The notes: generated by a model from the letters alone, not told the origin. DNA of 64,000 nt from Acidimicrobiales bacterium (GCA_020630065.1 JAHDCC010000019.1:7139-71138); one strand, 5' to 3'. Counted from the first letter of the stretch, positions 17,252 to 28,450 are shown. Program-made: numbers and translations.

Positions 17252-18424
17252 TTACCTCCCAGTCGTTGACCAATGCCACGGCTCACTCGGCAAATTTTTA
17301 AGCCCATACCTTGCGGCGTTGGCCCGCAACCACACAAACCCAGGACTTGAACGGTTGAGTATCGAACCGTTCTCGGTGAAATCGATCGCCAAACCAAGCT
17401 CATGCTGTGACCGTCCGGGACGAGCCGTCGGTGGACTACAGGTACCGGACCGTTTATCAAATATCGCCCATTCGCTGCTTCCACAATGCGATTTCCGTAG
17501 CTCGATCTGTCGACTAACTGGCCGTTGCCCCCAACCACCAAACACGATGCCGTCTTCGGCGGCGTCGGCTAGAAGCGCAGTCAACGGCTCTGCAATCGAC
17601 TGGTTGACAATGAACGGACCGACGTGGGCCAACGGGGTATCTTGGCGCTCCCCGGCAATAGCTTCGTTGCTTCTCTGTTGAATACGCTCCGCCCGAGTTT
17701 GAGCCACAACAGTAAACGCATCTTGCAGATCTGAAGCAGCCAAGAGCAAACGCTGCCTAGTCTCTTGCTCTAGTTCTAGATCAGCTTTCTCTTTCCGCAG
17801 CTGGTTTTGTATCTCGACTACTCGTTGAAGTTCAGCCGCGACCTGCGTATAGGTGGCGGTCGAATCGTCCGCTACAAGCTCGAGGGACTGCGCTGTTCGA
17901 CGTTGCGTCTCCAGTTCGTCAGATTCGGTCACCTCAATCGACATGGTGGAATAAGCTCGGTTAGCGGACCGAAAGTTCTGAATCGCTAGGCCGGAAAGCT
18001 TCTCGCTAAGAACGTCCGCTACCCGCTGCAGCTCATCTCGTTTCTTTTGTTCAGCGGCGTCGAGAATCGCCAGCTCGTCGATTGCGGGCTGAAGTTCAGC
18101 GACGTTACTTTGGCTGGAGCTGACTAGTTCGGCAATCGACTGCTGTATTTCGACGATCTCGGCGTCCGTTGCCCGGTAGGGGTCAAGGGCCGAGGCTCTC
18201 GTAGCTAGGTCCTGTCCGACAGACCCGGTCGGGAACCGTTCTGGGCCGACCGGAAACTCGGCGGGTTGACTCGCTTGTTGATCTGGGGAACCGAGGTCGA
18301 TGGAGTTATCGGCCTCGGCGGCCGACACCACATTGTTTGGCATCGCAACCACGCCAGCTACTAGAGCGATAAACGCTAGTACAAGCGCTACCGGTGTGCT
18401 TGATCGACGTCTTCTACATGCCAC
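17252..18424 (-). CDS. Secreted peptidase M15 (VanY / D-Ala-D-Ala carboxypeptidase family) with a long coiled-coil N-terminal region
   Basis: Signal/TM segment VALVLAFIALVAGVV. An E/Q/L-rich coiled-coil-like central part. The C-terminal SQHELGLAIDF and EPWHW motifs are M15 zinc-binding signatures. Confidence 0.75.
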   Translation of the reverse strand: MACRRRRSSTPVALVLAFIALVAGVVAMPNNVVSAAEADNSIDLGSPDQQASQPAEFPVGPERFPTGSVGQDLATRASALDPYRATDAEIVEIQQSIAELVSSSQSNVAELQPAIDELAILDAAEQKKRDELQRVADVLSEKLSGLAIQNFRSANRAYSTMSIEVTESDELETQRRTAQSLELVADDSTATYTQVAAELQRVVEIQNQLRKEKADLELEQETRQRLLLAASDLQDAFTVVAQTRAERIQQRSNEAIAGERQDTPLAHVGPFIVNQSIAEPLTALLADAAEDGIVFGGWGQRPVSRQIELRKSHCGSSEWAIFDKRSGTCSPPTARPGRSQHELGLAIDFTENGSILNRSSPGFVWLRANAARYGLKNLPSEPWHWSTTGR

Positions 18425-18482
18425 ATGGTGTTACGTCGGCAGGTCGCTTGAACTCCTAAGTATCTGTGTTAGATCTGTCCGA

Positions 18483-20951
18483 TCAGCGACGAAGCGGACG
18501 GGCCAATGAACGTCGAGCACCGTAGGCGGCGATCGCAACCAACATCAGGTTGAAGACGAACTGCATAAAAAAGTTGGCGCTTTGGCTGCCCGTTGTGCGG
18601 GACCATCGGCTATTTGTGCAGGATGGGGACAGACTGGCTTGTGCGTCTCCTAGGAGTTCCTCTTCACCGATTAGACCATTCGGAAGGTTGACTGGCTGTG
18701 TCCCGGCGGCTGAGCAGTTCTCGCTGCCTGGAAGATCAACAACTGATGCAGCCGCTGAACTCCCCCACTGAATCGGGTTTAGGTAGGTCATCTGCTCCAC
18801 ACCGGTCCGTCCAGAGGTTGGCACGACTAATCCCGAAAGGAGCATTGCGGGAATCACCACAAGAGGGAACATTGTGAGTGCCTTTGGGGTGTCGCTAACA
18901 AACGCTGAAATTATGAGCCCAATTCCAACGCTGGCGACCCCGATTCCGGCGATAGCCACCAGAAGCTCCAACAGCCCTGAACCGATCAGCACCCCGTCCC
19001 CTAGACGGCTTGTTTGCCGGGATGAGCCGACCAGAACAAGAACCAGAGATTGCACTAGCACTATCGAAGTAAGTACGATCCATCGGCTGAGCACAAACGC
19101 AGTGCTCGAAACACCAACAGCAAACTCGCGACGAAATACCGGACGGTCTTGCACGATCTCTCGAACGCTGTTTAACACACCAATCAATGTCATGGCAAGA
19201 ACCATTGCCACAAGGTATTCTCTCGCCGCCGACCCACTCACTGCTTCGAAGGCTCCCCGGTTGAGTACAAAAGCCAACAAGACGCCCAGAACTGGCGCCT
19301 GGGCAACCATAAACACGAGCCGCCTAGTGTCGCCACCAAGCAGTCGTATGTATCTGACTATGAGGGTCCAAAGATCGGTGGTGAATGAACGCGAACTTCT
19401 ACGAGATGCCGCTGGAGGCGCGGGCGTAGGTGCTGTGTTGACGAATCTGAAGTAGGAGCTGGTCTCAGCAAAGTGACGTTCCCACTCAGCGTTAGGACGA
19501 GACGACAGCAACGTGAACACACTGGCAAGGTCGGGTACACCAAAATGGGCAATAGCTCGATCTGGAGGGCCAACAAAAGCCAACCGTCCCCCGGGGGCAA
19601 GCACAAGAACCTGATCACAAAGCTCGACGCTTTGCACACTGTGGGTTACTACTACTGTGGTTGTTCCTCGGTTCGCAAGCTCACGCAAATTGTTCATGAG
19701 CTCACGTTCCAAGCCAGGGTCGAGCCCAGACGTTGGCTCATCGAGTATCAGTGCCTGTGGTTCGCCTACCAGCTCGTATCCGACGCTTACTCGTTTACGC
19801 TGGCCACCCGATAAGGATTTGGTTTGGGTCGCGAGACGTTCGGATAGTCCAAGCTCAAACGCCACACGTTGAACAGCCTGTTGGATTTCGTCACCCGAAG
19901 TGTCTTGAGGCAGACGCATCTTAGCGGCCGCCGTCAACGCGTGTTGAACGTTTAGATTGTTGTGTACCGGATCGTCTTGTGGGACAAACCCAATCCGTTG
20001 ACTCACCTGATCCGAACGGTCATAGATGTTACGCCCACCAAGAAAAACACTGCCGGTATCGGCTCTGCGTCGACCGGTGAGGGCATTAAGCAACGTAGTC
20101 TTTCCCGAACCGCTAGGGCCGACAATCGCCGTTAATGAACCGGCGGGAAGCGTGAACGAGATGTCCTGAAGAATTGGCGTGTTTTTGTCCACGACAACCG
20201 ACAAATTGACCGCCTGGAGTGGCAGTCCGTACGCGACGTGTTGTTCTAATTTTCCTTGCCGCAGAACCAGCTGGATACGCCCGAGCTCCACCAAGTCGCC
20301 GTCACGAATATCTAGTTTCGTGATGCGAACGCCGTTTACGTAGGTTCCGTTATCGGTTCCTAGATCAGTTATACGGGCCGAGTTCGGTCCAGTGATAACC
20401 AGCTCAGCGTGTTGGCGAGAAACCAGTGGATCTTGAACAACCAAATCGCATCGCTTCGAACGTCCGATAAGGACTCGGTTGGTTTCTGCTTCGAATACCT
20501 GTGAAAGTTCACCGAGGTTGCCAGCCAGGTTCGCAGCGTTTAGCGATGACGCTGGCTCTGGGGGCACCGAGCGTGGACGCCCAACTGACTGAGACACCGG
20601 TTCTTCCGAAGGCATCGTCTGTGTCGGCATGTCTCGTTGCTGGTGTGAACTCGACTGGACGCTAACCGCAATGTCAATATACGGGGCATTATCTTTCGGA
20701 CCCAGCCGGACGCGGGTTGTTCCTTGGGAGAGCGCAACAGAGTCGCAGCGTTGCCCGTTTAACCAAATCCCGTTGGTGCTGCCAAGGTCTCGAATCTCGA
20801 TGCCATCATGGCGTCGGCGAATTTCTGCGTGGCGGCGAGATACATCCGGATGCGAAATTATGATGTCAGATAGACGCTCTCGTCCAACGACGGCGCCTGA
20901 TTCGGCAGCCGTCGATTCACCCTTGTACCAGACAACAATCTGTTGTTCCAT
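18483..20951 (-). CDS. Fused FHA-FHA-ABC transporter (ATPase plus ABC-2/ABCG-type permease), resembling Rv1747
   Basis: Two FHA-like modules (GRERLSDIIISHPDVSRRHAEI...GSTNGIWLNG; IGRSKRCDLVVQDPLVSRQHAEL...GTDNGTYVNG). Walker A GPSGSGKTT, signature LSGGQRKR, Walker B ILDEPTSGLD. Six C-terminal TM segments. Confidence 0.85.
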   Translation of the reverse strand: MEQQIVVWYKGESTAAESGAVVGRERLSDIIISHPDVSRRHAEIRRRHDGIEIRDLGSTNGIWLNGQRCDSVALSQGTTRVRLGPKDNAPYIDIAVSVQSSSHQQRDMPTQTMPSEEPVSQSVGRPRSVPPEPASSLNAANLAGNLGELSQVFEAETNRVLIGRSKRCDLVVQDPLVSRQHAELVITGPNSARITDLGTDNGTYVNGVRITKLDIRDGDLVELGRIQLVLRQGKLEQHVAYGLPLQAVNLSVVVDKNTPILQDISFTLPAGSLTAIVGPSGSGKTTLLNALTGRRRADTGSVFLGGRNIYDRSDQVSQRIGFVPQDDPVHNNLNVQHALTAAAKMRLPQDTSGDEIQQAVQRVAFELGLSERLATQTKSLSGGQRKRVSVGYELVGEPQALILDEPTSGLDPGLERELMNNLRELANRGTTTVVVTHSVQSVELCDQVLVLAPGGRLAFVGPPDRAIAHFGVPDLASVFTLLSSRPNAEWERHFAETSSYFRFVNTAPTPAPPAASRRSSRSFTTDLWTLIVRYIRLLGGDTRRLVFMVAQAPVLGVLLAFVLNRGAFEAVSGSAAREYLVAMVLAMTLIGVLNSVREIVQDRPVFRREFAVGVSSTAFVLSRWIVLTSIVLVQSLVLVLVGSSRQTSRLGDGVLIGSGLLELLVAIAGIGVASVGIGLIISAFVSDTPKALTMFPLVVIPAMLLSGLVVPTSGRTGVEQMTYLNPIQWGSSAAASVVDLPGSENCSAAGTQPVNLPNGLIGEEELLGDAQASLSPSCTNSRWSRTTGSQSANFFMQFVFNLMLVAIAAYGARRSLARPLRR

Positions 20952-21008
20952 TTACCCCACACTGCCTTATACCGATTACCCGTTTAAAAGATCTGTTACC
21001 GCAGACTC

Positions 21009-21566
21009 TCAAACTGGTTGCAGACCTAGATCCTCATAGGTTGCTAACGGGAAGTACCGCAGTCCCCTCTTCTTAAGCTCTACCGAAGCTGTTGTACCTC
21101 GATCGATAGGAGTGGTTACCGCCACTATCTCTGCGCCCGTATCGCTTATCACATCGATCGCTGTGAGCATAGAACCGCCGGTGCTGACCGCGTCTTCTAC
21201 TACCACCACTTTACTGCCTGGCCCGATCGACGCTCCCTCGATCTGTCGACCTGTTCCTCGCCCTTTCGGTTCTTTACGGACAAAGAACCAAGAGCTAGCA
21301 GCGCACAATGCCATCCCGACCGCCAAATGATCGGCACCCATCGTTGGGCCACCTACCGCGTCGTAGGCGATGTCTGCCTGTTCGAGCTGCTCTATAAGCG
21401 CTCGACATACGACGTTTAGATCGTCAGCTTGAGCCAAACCAGCTTTGACGTCTACAAAAACATCCGACATCTTTCCCGAAGCGAGCTGTACCGGCTCGTC
21501 CAACCTCAGAACGGCCTTTTGTAGAAGAATTTCGGAGGCCTGCTGTTTCAGATTCATGGAGTTCAC
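21009..21566 (-). CDS. pyrE: Orotate phosphoribosyltransferase
   Basis: PRPP-binding motif VVVVEDAVSTGGS in a 185-aa type I PRTase, with an N-terminal region typical of PyrE (SGKMSDVFVD). Confidence 0.8.
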   Translation of the reverse strand: MNSMNLKQQASEILLQKAVLRLDEPVQLASGKMSDVFVDVKAGLAQADDLNVVCRALIEQLEQADIAYDAVGGPTMGADHLAVGMALCAASSWFFVRKEPKGRGTGRQIEGASIGPGSKVVVVEDAVSTGGSMLTAIDVISDTGAEIVAVTTPIDRGTTASVELKKRGLRYFPLATYEDLGLQPV

Positions 21567-21641
21567 TCTAGATGCAAAGCACTTCTACCCAGAAAATCCG
21601 CGAGCTTTCTTAACGTTTTTCCTGCTTTAGACATGTCGTCG

Positions 21642-21673
21642 GCACAACTGGCCCGGTCCTGGGCCAGTTGTGC
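21642..21673 (-). terminator. Perfect 13-bp stem hairpin downstream of the dodecin gene (possible terminator, no U-tract)
   Basis: GCACAACTGGCCC-GGTCCT-GGGCCAGTTGTGC, 10 bp after the dodecin stop. It lacks a T-run on either strand. Confidence 0.3.
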
Positions 21674-21682
21674 GACTAGAAT

Positions 21683-21883
21683 TTAGCCGACGATAAACGT
21701 GACCTTGAGGTTCACTTTCCATTCGGTGATCGCACCATTGTCGACGGTGACTGACTGGTCCTTGACCCACGCTGACTTGATGTTGTTAACGGTCCGGCTG
21801 GCTTCGCTGATGCCTGCCGATACTGCATCATCAAACCCTGTAGTGGAAGTTGAGATGATTTCGATTGTCTTTGCTACGCTCAT
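21683..21883 (-). CDS. Dodecin-family flavin-binding protein
   Basis: 66-aa protein MSVAKTIEIISTSTTGFDDAV...WKVNLKVTFIV, typical of dodecins. There is a GGAG RBS 8 nt upstream of the ATG at 21883. The ORF-track N-terminal extension is rejected. Confidence 0.7.
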   Translation of the reverse strand: MSVAKTIEIISTSTTGFDDAVSAGISEASRTVNNIKSAWVKDQSVTVDNGAITEWKVNLKVTFIVG

Positions 21884-22069
21884 AGTTTCTTTTCTCCTTC
21901 GTAAAGAAAACTCAGATATCGCCCAGTCGGCGGATACGTCGTCTGCATTAGGATACAAATTCGAAACATAGGCTCCAATGCTGGATTGGGTATCGCCGAC
22001 CCGCCTACTAGCCGAAGAACCGCCGCGTTGTCCTCATCGACCTGATTGCTCGGTATCGTGGACTCAGAA

Positions 22070-22170
22070 CCAAAGACGGGTGCCTGGCGTAACCAGGCTG
22101 AGATTGAGGTCTTATGCCTCGGGACCGTTCGAACCTGATACGGATAGTACCGTCGAAGGGACCAGCGGTC
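22070..22170 (+). promoter_or_regulatory. TPP (THI-box) riboswitch
   Basis: ACGGGTGCC...GGCTGAGA...ACCGTTCGAACCTGATACGGATAGTACCGTCGAAGGGA matches the conserved CUGAGA and ACCUGAUxxGGAUAAUxCCxGCGxAGGGA cores. It lies about 45 nt upstream of the thiE start. Confidence 0.85.
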
Positions 22171-22214
22171 GTGTCGTCACGCGTAGCCATGGAACTTTCA
22201 GCGGAGGAGACACG

Positions 22215-22886
22215 ATGACGTCATTTCAACCGCCTGCGGACTCTAGGCAAGCGGCCGCACCCAGATTGTATGTGGTTACCCCTGATCGTGGCGTCGACGA
22301 CTTCTTTGAGTCACTATCCACTATTGTGTCCACCGTCGATGTCATCGTACAAGTTCGCCGAAAATCGGGTTCAGAAAAAGATATTGTTGACGCCGCTCAC
22401 AAAATAACGAAGCTCTGCCACGAATTTAGTCGACTTTGTATTATCAACGATCGAGTAGATATCGCAAAAGCCGTAGGCGCTGACGGTGTTCATCTCGGCC
22501 AGACAGATCTGGCGGTACAGCAAGTCCGTGAAGACTTTGACGGCATCATCGGCAGCACCTGCCGGAATGCCACTCAGGCCAAAATCGCTGTGACCAGCGG
22601 AGCCGACTATTTGGGGGTCGGACCGACGTTTCAGTCCTCAACCAAACCAGGGCTACCTCAACCTCTTGGCGTCGACAGGGTCGCCCAGATCGCAGCCGGC
22701 GTCGACATTCCCGTCTACGCCATCGGTGGAATCACTTCAGATACCGCACCATCGTTAATCCAGCATGGGGTCTATGGAGTAGCCGTCGTAGCTGCAGTGT
22801 TTAACCAGCCCGATTCAGCCCAACAACAAGCGCAACGGCTATCCGCTGTGTTGTCTGCTGAACCCTACAGGTCAGGTGCAGAATGA
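22215..22886 (+). CDS. thiE: Thiamine-phosphate synthase
   Basis: ATG at 22215 preceded by GGAGGAGA. Motifs LYVVTPD, INDRVDIAKAVGADGVHLGQ, GPTFQSSTK and AIGGI are typical of ThiE. The ORF-track 5' extension covers the riboswitch. Confidence 0.8.
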   Translation: MTSFQPPADSRQAAAPRLYVVTPDRGVDDFFESLSTIVSTVDVIVQVRRKSGSEKDIVDAAHKITKLCHEFSRLCIINDRVDIAKAVGADGVHLGQTDLAVQQVREDFDGIIGSTCRNATQAKIAVTSGADYLGVGPTFQSSTKPGLPQPLGVDRVAQIAAGVDIPVYAIGGITSDTAPSLIQHGVYGVAVVAAVFNQPDSAQQQAQRLSAVLSAEPYRSGAE

Positions 22887-24009
22887 AAATTATTGTTGTT
22901 GGCGCCGGTGCCGCTGGACTAGCAGCGGCGTTCACGACCTCATCGGCAGGCCATGAAGTCCACGTTTTTGATCCGACCCCCGACAAAGCAGCCGCCTTTG
23001 TCGCCGCTGGCCGGCTGGCTCCAGTCGTCGAGGTAGAGTTTGGCGAAACTGCCATGATCACCTTATGTCTCGCCGCCAACAAACGATGGGACTCGTGGTC
23101 CGAGCAACTCCAACCATTTGCCCCGAACGGCGATTGGTATCAGCGTTCGGCGATGATCGTCGCCGCTAGAGACAACGACGATATCGCTTCTATCCGACGG
23201 CTGGCCGACTACCAGAGTGATCTAGGTTTACAGGTCGAGGCGCTCAACGCCCGCTCGATACGAAAACTCGAACCTGCTTTGTCCCCGAATGTCGTCGGCG
23301 GCTTGCTGGTTGAGCAAGACCATATGGTCAATAACAGAATCTTGCTCTCGGCGCTACGTGATGCGTGTCGACACTACGGCGCCACCTTCGTTGCCGAACG
23401 AGTGCATGGTGCCGGACCTCGCAACGTTGAAACGGACAACGGTTCGTTTTCAGCTGACGCCGTCATTTTGGCGGCCGGCGCTTGGATGTCTCAAATCGTT
23501 CTCGAACCGGGTCTCAAGCCGATAGCCGTACATCCGGTAAAAGGGCAAATCCTTCGCCTGGAGGGTTCGCCTACATCCATATTTCCCACTCACCCCATAG
23601 ACGGTCTCGATGTGTATTTAGTACCTAGAACCTCGGGAGAGCTGGTAGTTGGCGCATCGGTTGAAGATCTAGGGTTCGATGACACGATCACGGCAGGCGC
23701 CGTCTACGAACTACTAAAACGAGGACGAGAACTCGTCCCCGGGATCGACGAAATGAAGGTCGCGGAGACTTCTGTCGGTTTCAGACCGGCGACACTAGAT
23801 CACACACCCGTTATCGGGGCAATTGGCCCGGACGGACCGTTCGTGGCCGCTGGACTATATCGAAATGGTATTCTCCTCGCCCCAACGATCGGGGACGAAG
23901 TACTACATTGGGTCCAAGGCAGTCCCGTTAGCAAGTGGGTAGAACCGTTCACCCCACACCAAAACTCGTCGACTACAGACGCAAACCCTACTACGACACA
24001 GCAGGTCCA

Positions 24010-24013
<4 letters not shown>
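22883..24013 (+). CDS. thiO: Glycine oxidase (FAD-dependent), thiazole biosynthesis
   Basis: N-terminal dinucleotide fold IIVVGAGAAGLAAA, a DAO-family length, and a position between thiE and thiS. ATGA overlaps at both ends. Confidence 0.8.
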
Positions 24014-25016
<1,003 letters not shown>

Positions 25017-25042
25017 CTTCGTTTGATTCGAGACTTCGATTC

Positions 25043-25639
25043 GTGTTGTTGACCGATGCGTCTCAAACACGTCGTCCGCTCGTCGATGTTGTTAGCGAAG
25101 CTGTGTCTGCTGGAGTAACGACAGTTGTTGTGCGGGAAAAACATTTGCCAGAACAACATCGATCAAGCCTACTCAGCCAGATCTCCGACGTCGCTACACC
25201 AGCTGGATGCTTAGTTATAGCGGCTTCGCGATCTTCGGTCCCGGTCGATGGCCTCCACTTAGCGGCCGACGAGAAAACGCCGATCGATAGGCCAACTATT
25301 GTTGGACGATCGTGCCATAGTTTCGAAGAAGTTCAAGCGGCGGAGCGACAGGGATGCGACTATGTGACCTTGTCACCAATTTTCTTGACCCAGTCAAAGC
25401 CAGGTTATGGCCCGGCGTTGGGCACAGATTTTCTTCACCAAGTCGCACGCTCCGTGTCGATCCCCATCGTTGCGTTGGGTGGCGTAGACAGCACGAACGC
25501 TCGAAGTTGTATAACGGCCGGGGCCAGTGGCGTGGCCGTGATGGGAACTGTAATGCGAAGCAGCTCCGTCGATCGAACGGTGCGTTTATTAGGCCAAGAA
25601 CTAGCAGAATCGTCGATGTATCCTGACAGACATGACTAG
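25043..25639 (+). CDS. Second ThiE/TenI-family protein (thiamine-phosphate synthase paralog or thiazole tautomerase)
   Basis: GTG start. The LLTD...VVVREK...GRSCHS...DYVTLSPIF...ALGGV pattern fits the ThiE/TenI TIM-barrel family. It is the second copy in the same operon. Confidence 0.65.
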   Translation: MLLTDASQTRRPLVDVVSEAVSAGVTTVVVREKHLPEQHRSSLLSQISDVATPAGCLVIAASRSSVPVDGLHLAADEKTPIDRPTIVGRSCHSFEEVQAAERQGCDYVTLSPIFLTQSKPGYGPALGTDFLHQVARSVSIPIVALGGVDSTNARSCITAGASGVAVMGTVMRSSSVDRTVRLLGQELAESSMYPDRHD

Positions 25640-26498
25640 CAGATCGACGCCGCCTCGCCAGATCGTGTTCGAACCGTCTTCGTGTTCGGTCAGCGACACT
25701 CCCCCTACCGTGTTAACAATCGCTGGGTCTGATTCGGGTGGGGGCGCAGGCATACAGGCTGACATCAAGACCTTTGCTGCGTTGCAGACGGTGGGGACGA
25801 GTGCGGTTACTGCGTTGACGGCTCAAAACACCGTGGGTGTTTCCGCCGTTCACGTTGCACCACCGGAACTAGTCGAGCGCCAAATTCGGGTAGTCCTAGA
25901 CGATTTAGCCCCCCGGTCAGTTAAGACCGGCATGTTGGCGACTTCAGAAATCATTGAACTGGTAGCAGCGTTCGCTCAAGAAGGATTGTTACCTAATCTA
26001 GTAGTTGATCCAGTGATGATAGCGACGTCCGGAGACCGGCTCCTAACCGAAAAAGCCGAACGATTTTATGCAGAACAGCTTTTCCCCCATGCCGCCGTGA
26101 TCACCCCAAACGCCGTCGAAGCAGGACATTTGTGCGGGCGTACCCTTCGCTCGATCGGCGACTTACATGCAGCGGCTAAACAACTTGGCGCTTCAGGCGC
26201 TGACTATGTCGTCATAAAAGGAGGCCATATCGACGGCAGTCAGTCCGTCGACGTGGTTTGGGATGGGGTCGAAAGCCTCGAGTTGATTAGCGCGCGTTTC
26301 GACACGGTGAACACCCATGGAACCGGATGCAGTTTCGCTGCTGCTATCGCTGCTGAGCTAGCTAAGGGCTCACCGAAGCTAGACGCGATCTTAACGGCTA
26401 AGCGCTACATAGGTGACGCTATCTTTGGGGCAAAGGACTGGAAGGTCGGCCAAGGCCATGGCCCGGTTGACCATTCCATTCAAATCCGATGTGTCTAG
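25632..26498 (+). CDS. thiD: Hydroxymethylpyrimidine / phosphomethylpyrimidine kinase
   Basis: VLTIAGSDSGGGAGIQADIKTF, VKTGML and GTGCSFAAAIAA motifs. The start overlaps the upstream stop. Confidence 0.9.
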   Translation: MTSRSTPPRQIVFEPSSCSVSDTPPTVLTIAGSDSGGGAGIQADIKTFAALQTVGTSAVTALTAQNTVGVSAVHVAPPELVERQIRVVLDDLAPRSVKTGMLATSEIIELVAAFAQEGLLPNLVVDPVMIATSGDRLLTEKAERFYAEQLFPHAAVITPNAVEAGHLCGRTLRSIGDLHAAAKQLGASGADYVVIKGGHIDGSQSVDVVWDGVESLELISARFDTVNTHGTGCSFAAAIAAELAKGSPKLDAILTAKRYIGDAIFGAKDWKVGQGHGPVDHSIQIRCV

Positions 26499-26512
26499 GC
26501 CCGCCTCGATTT

Positions 26513-27868
26513 CTAAAGCCGTGAGATGACTGGCCCGTCGGCTGAGTCTTCTACCCGCCAACCTGCCTCGGTCAATTTGTCACGTAGCATGTCGGCTTGT
26601 TCAAAGTCTTTGTTGGCTCGAGCTTGGATGCGTTGTTCGGCCAGCTCTTTGATTTCGGCTGGAACATCGTCGTTTCTGCCTAACTCGAATCCTAGAATTT
26701 CTGCCATTTGTATGGCGGTGGCGGCGCAACGCTGGGCTTGGGCTAAAACCCCGTCGTCGACTGCCTGATTGGCTTGGCGTATCTGGGTGAACAGAAGGTC
26801 AACGGCCTTTGGAGTATCGAGGTCGTCGTTCATGGCGGCAACAAACGCTTCCATAACGTCGGCGTCGATTTCTGAGTTCTGGTCACAATCGGAACGCCGG
26901 ACAAACGCGTCGAGCCTTTTGACTGCTGCGTCGGCATTTTGGAGCGTTGTTTCGGTCACTTCCATCGGAGATCGATAATGTGACTGCAAGATAAGTAGCC
27001 GGTAGGCTCGCGGATCATACCGTTCTACCAGTTCGGTAACGTTCATTACGTTGCCGATGGACTTAGACATTTTCTCGCCGGAGAGTTCAACGAATCCGTG
27101 ATGCATCCAGTGCTGGGCGAACTGTTTACCTAACGCAACTGCTTGGGCTCGTTCGTTCTCGTGGTGTGGGAACATGAGGTCGAGTCCACCGGTGTGAAGA
27201 TCAAAACCTTCGCCTAGCAGGTCGAGACTCATTACGACACATTCAGTGTGCCACCCTGGACGCCCGTCGCCCCAGGGGGACGGCCAGGACGGTTCTCCTG
27301 GTTTTGTAAATTTCCAAAGTGCGAAGTCTGCTGCGTGTTTCTTCTCGGTACCAACGACCTCTCGATCACCGCCGCCTTCTACCAGGTTTTCTAATGATTG
27401 GTTTGCTAGCAGGCCGTAGTCGGCGACGTTTTCGGTGGCGATATAGATCCCATCGCTCGCTAAGTAGGCTTTGTCGACGGCGATAAGTTCGGCGATAAGG
27501 TCTACCATTTCGTCGACGTAATCGGTGGCGTGAGGGATGTGGTCTGGGCGCATAACGTGAAGCTTGTCGAGCCCATCCCACCAAGCTTGTTCGTACTCTT
27601 TAACTACATCGGTCCAACTGGTGTTGTCTGCGGCCGCTTTGTTGATGATGTTGTCGTCGATGTCGGTGATGTTTGATACGAAGGTGACATCAAGACCTTG
27701 GCTAATTAGGAACCGGCGAAGCACATCGTAAACCAAGACGTGTCGACCGTGGCCGAGGTGTGGTGGACCGTAAACGGTTGGCCCGCAAACATAAATCGAT
27801 ACCTTGTTTTCGTCCCGTAGCTGCAACGGGGCGACTTCTCGGGTGGCGGTGTTGTAGAGCCGAATCAT
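26513..27868 (-). CDS. cysS: Cysteine--tRNA ligase
   Basis: HIGH-type motif PHLGHGR, KMSKS motif, and Zn/Cys-binding region HTECV. The C-terminal helical domain ends in ...DMLRDKLTEAGWRVEDSADG, as in CysS. Confidence 0.85.
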   Translation of the reverse strand: MIRLYNTATREVAPLQLRDENKVSIYVCGPTVYGPPHLGHGRHVLVYDVLRRFLISQGLDVTFVSNITDIDDNIINKAAADNTSWTDVVKEYEQAWWDGLDKLHVMRPDHIPHATDYVDEMVDLIAELIAVDKAYLASDGIYIATENVADYGLLANQSLENLVEGGGDREVVGTEKKHAADFALWKFTKPGEPSWPSPWGDGRPGWHTECVVMSLDLLGEGFDLHTGGLDLMFPHHENERAQAVALGKQFAQHWMHHGFVELSGEKMSKSIGNVMNVTELVERYDPRAYRLLILQSHYRSPMEVTETTLQNADAAVKRLDAFVRRSDCDQNSEIDADVMEAFVAAMNDDLDTPKAVDLLFTQIRQANQAVDDGVLAQAQRCAATAIQMAEILGFELGRNDDVPAEIKELAEQRIQARANKDFEQADMLRDKLTEAGWRVEDSADGPVISRL

Positions 27869-27913
27869 GTACCTCAGACTATCGAACCTGACGCCGTTGA
27901 TTCGTCCTTTTGC

Positions 27914-28450
27914 CTACTTGTCATTGGGTATGTCGTCGAGGTACTGGCCAACCCATTCGCTGAGTCCTGAGATTGGGCTTTGGGCGAACGCTTCGTGAGC
28001 ACGGGGTAATGAGAACGTGGGAAGATAAACGTTGGCCTTTACACCGGAGAAGAGTTCTGCGGTTTGTTGAGCGGAGCGAGCGCCTCCGCCGCCTCCAGGC
28101 GACGCGGTCATGATGCCGATGTGGCGGTCTTTGAAGGTAGCGAAATCAACTCGACTAACCCAGTCGAATGCGTTTTTGAACAGGGGCGGGTAGCTGCCGT
28201 TGTATTCTGGGGTGGCTACCAGAACGCTTGAACATTGCGCAATTCGGTCGTGTAAGGCAGTGACGGCGTCTGGAATGCCTTCTGCGGTTTCGAGGTCTTC
28301 TTCGTAAAGAGGAAACGAAATGTCGTCTCCTGCTACGAGATCTACCGACACGTCGTTGTGAGTACGAATTTCTGTGACGGCTTCGTCGAGTAAAGCGCCG
28401 TTAAACGAGCCGTTACGTCGACTGCCACAAATAGCGATGATGCTTTTCAT
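27914..28450 (-). CDS. NADPH-dependent FMN reductase family protein
   Basis: N-terminal IIAICGSRRNGSFN and TPEYNGSYPPLFKNAFDW motifs are typical of the flavodoxin-like FMN reductase fold. Confidence 0.75.
   Translation of the reverse strand: MKSIIAICGSRRNGSFNGALLDEAVTEIRTHNDVSVDLVAGDDISFPLYEEDLETAEGIPDAVTALHDRIAQCSSVLVATPEYNGSYPPLFKNAFDWVSRVDFATFKDRHIGIMTASPGGGGGARSAQQTAELFSGVKANVYLPTFSLPRAHEAFAQSPISGLSEWVGQYLDDIPNDK

Noticed and set aside
16890-17681. 263-aa plus-strand ORF spanning the uppP 3' end and the M15 peptidase 3' end
   Set aside because: It is out of frame with uppP and antisense to the peptidase. The composition is Arg-rich, and it crosses a gene boundary, which is implausible for a real gene.
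21978-22214. 5' extension of the thiE ORF in the track (302 aa from 21978)
   Set aside because: The extension covers the TPP riboswitch sequence. A good RBS (GGAGGAGA) and an ATG at 22215 give a normal-length ThiE.
26513-27868. Could the CysS-like gene be the mycothiol ligase MshC?
   Set aside because: At 451 aa it retains a C-terminal helical/anticodon-binding-type extension ending in the CysS-typical ...RDKLTEAGWRVEDSADG motif. MshC proteins are shorter and lack this part. The question is still worth a phylogenetic check.
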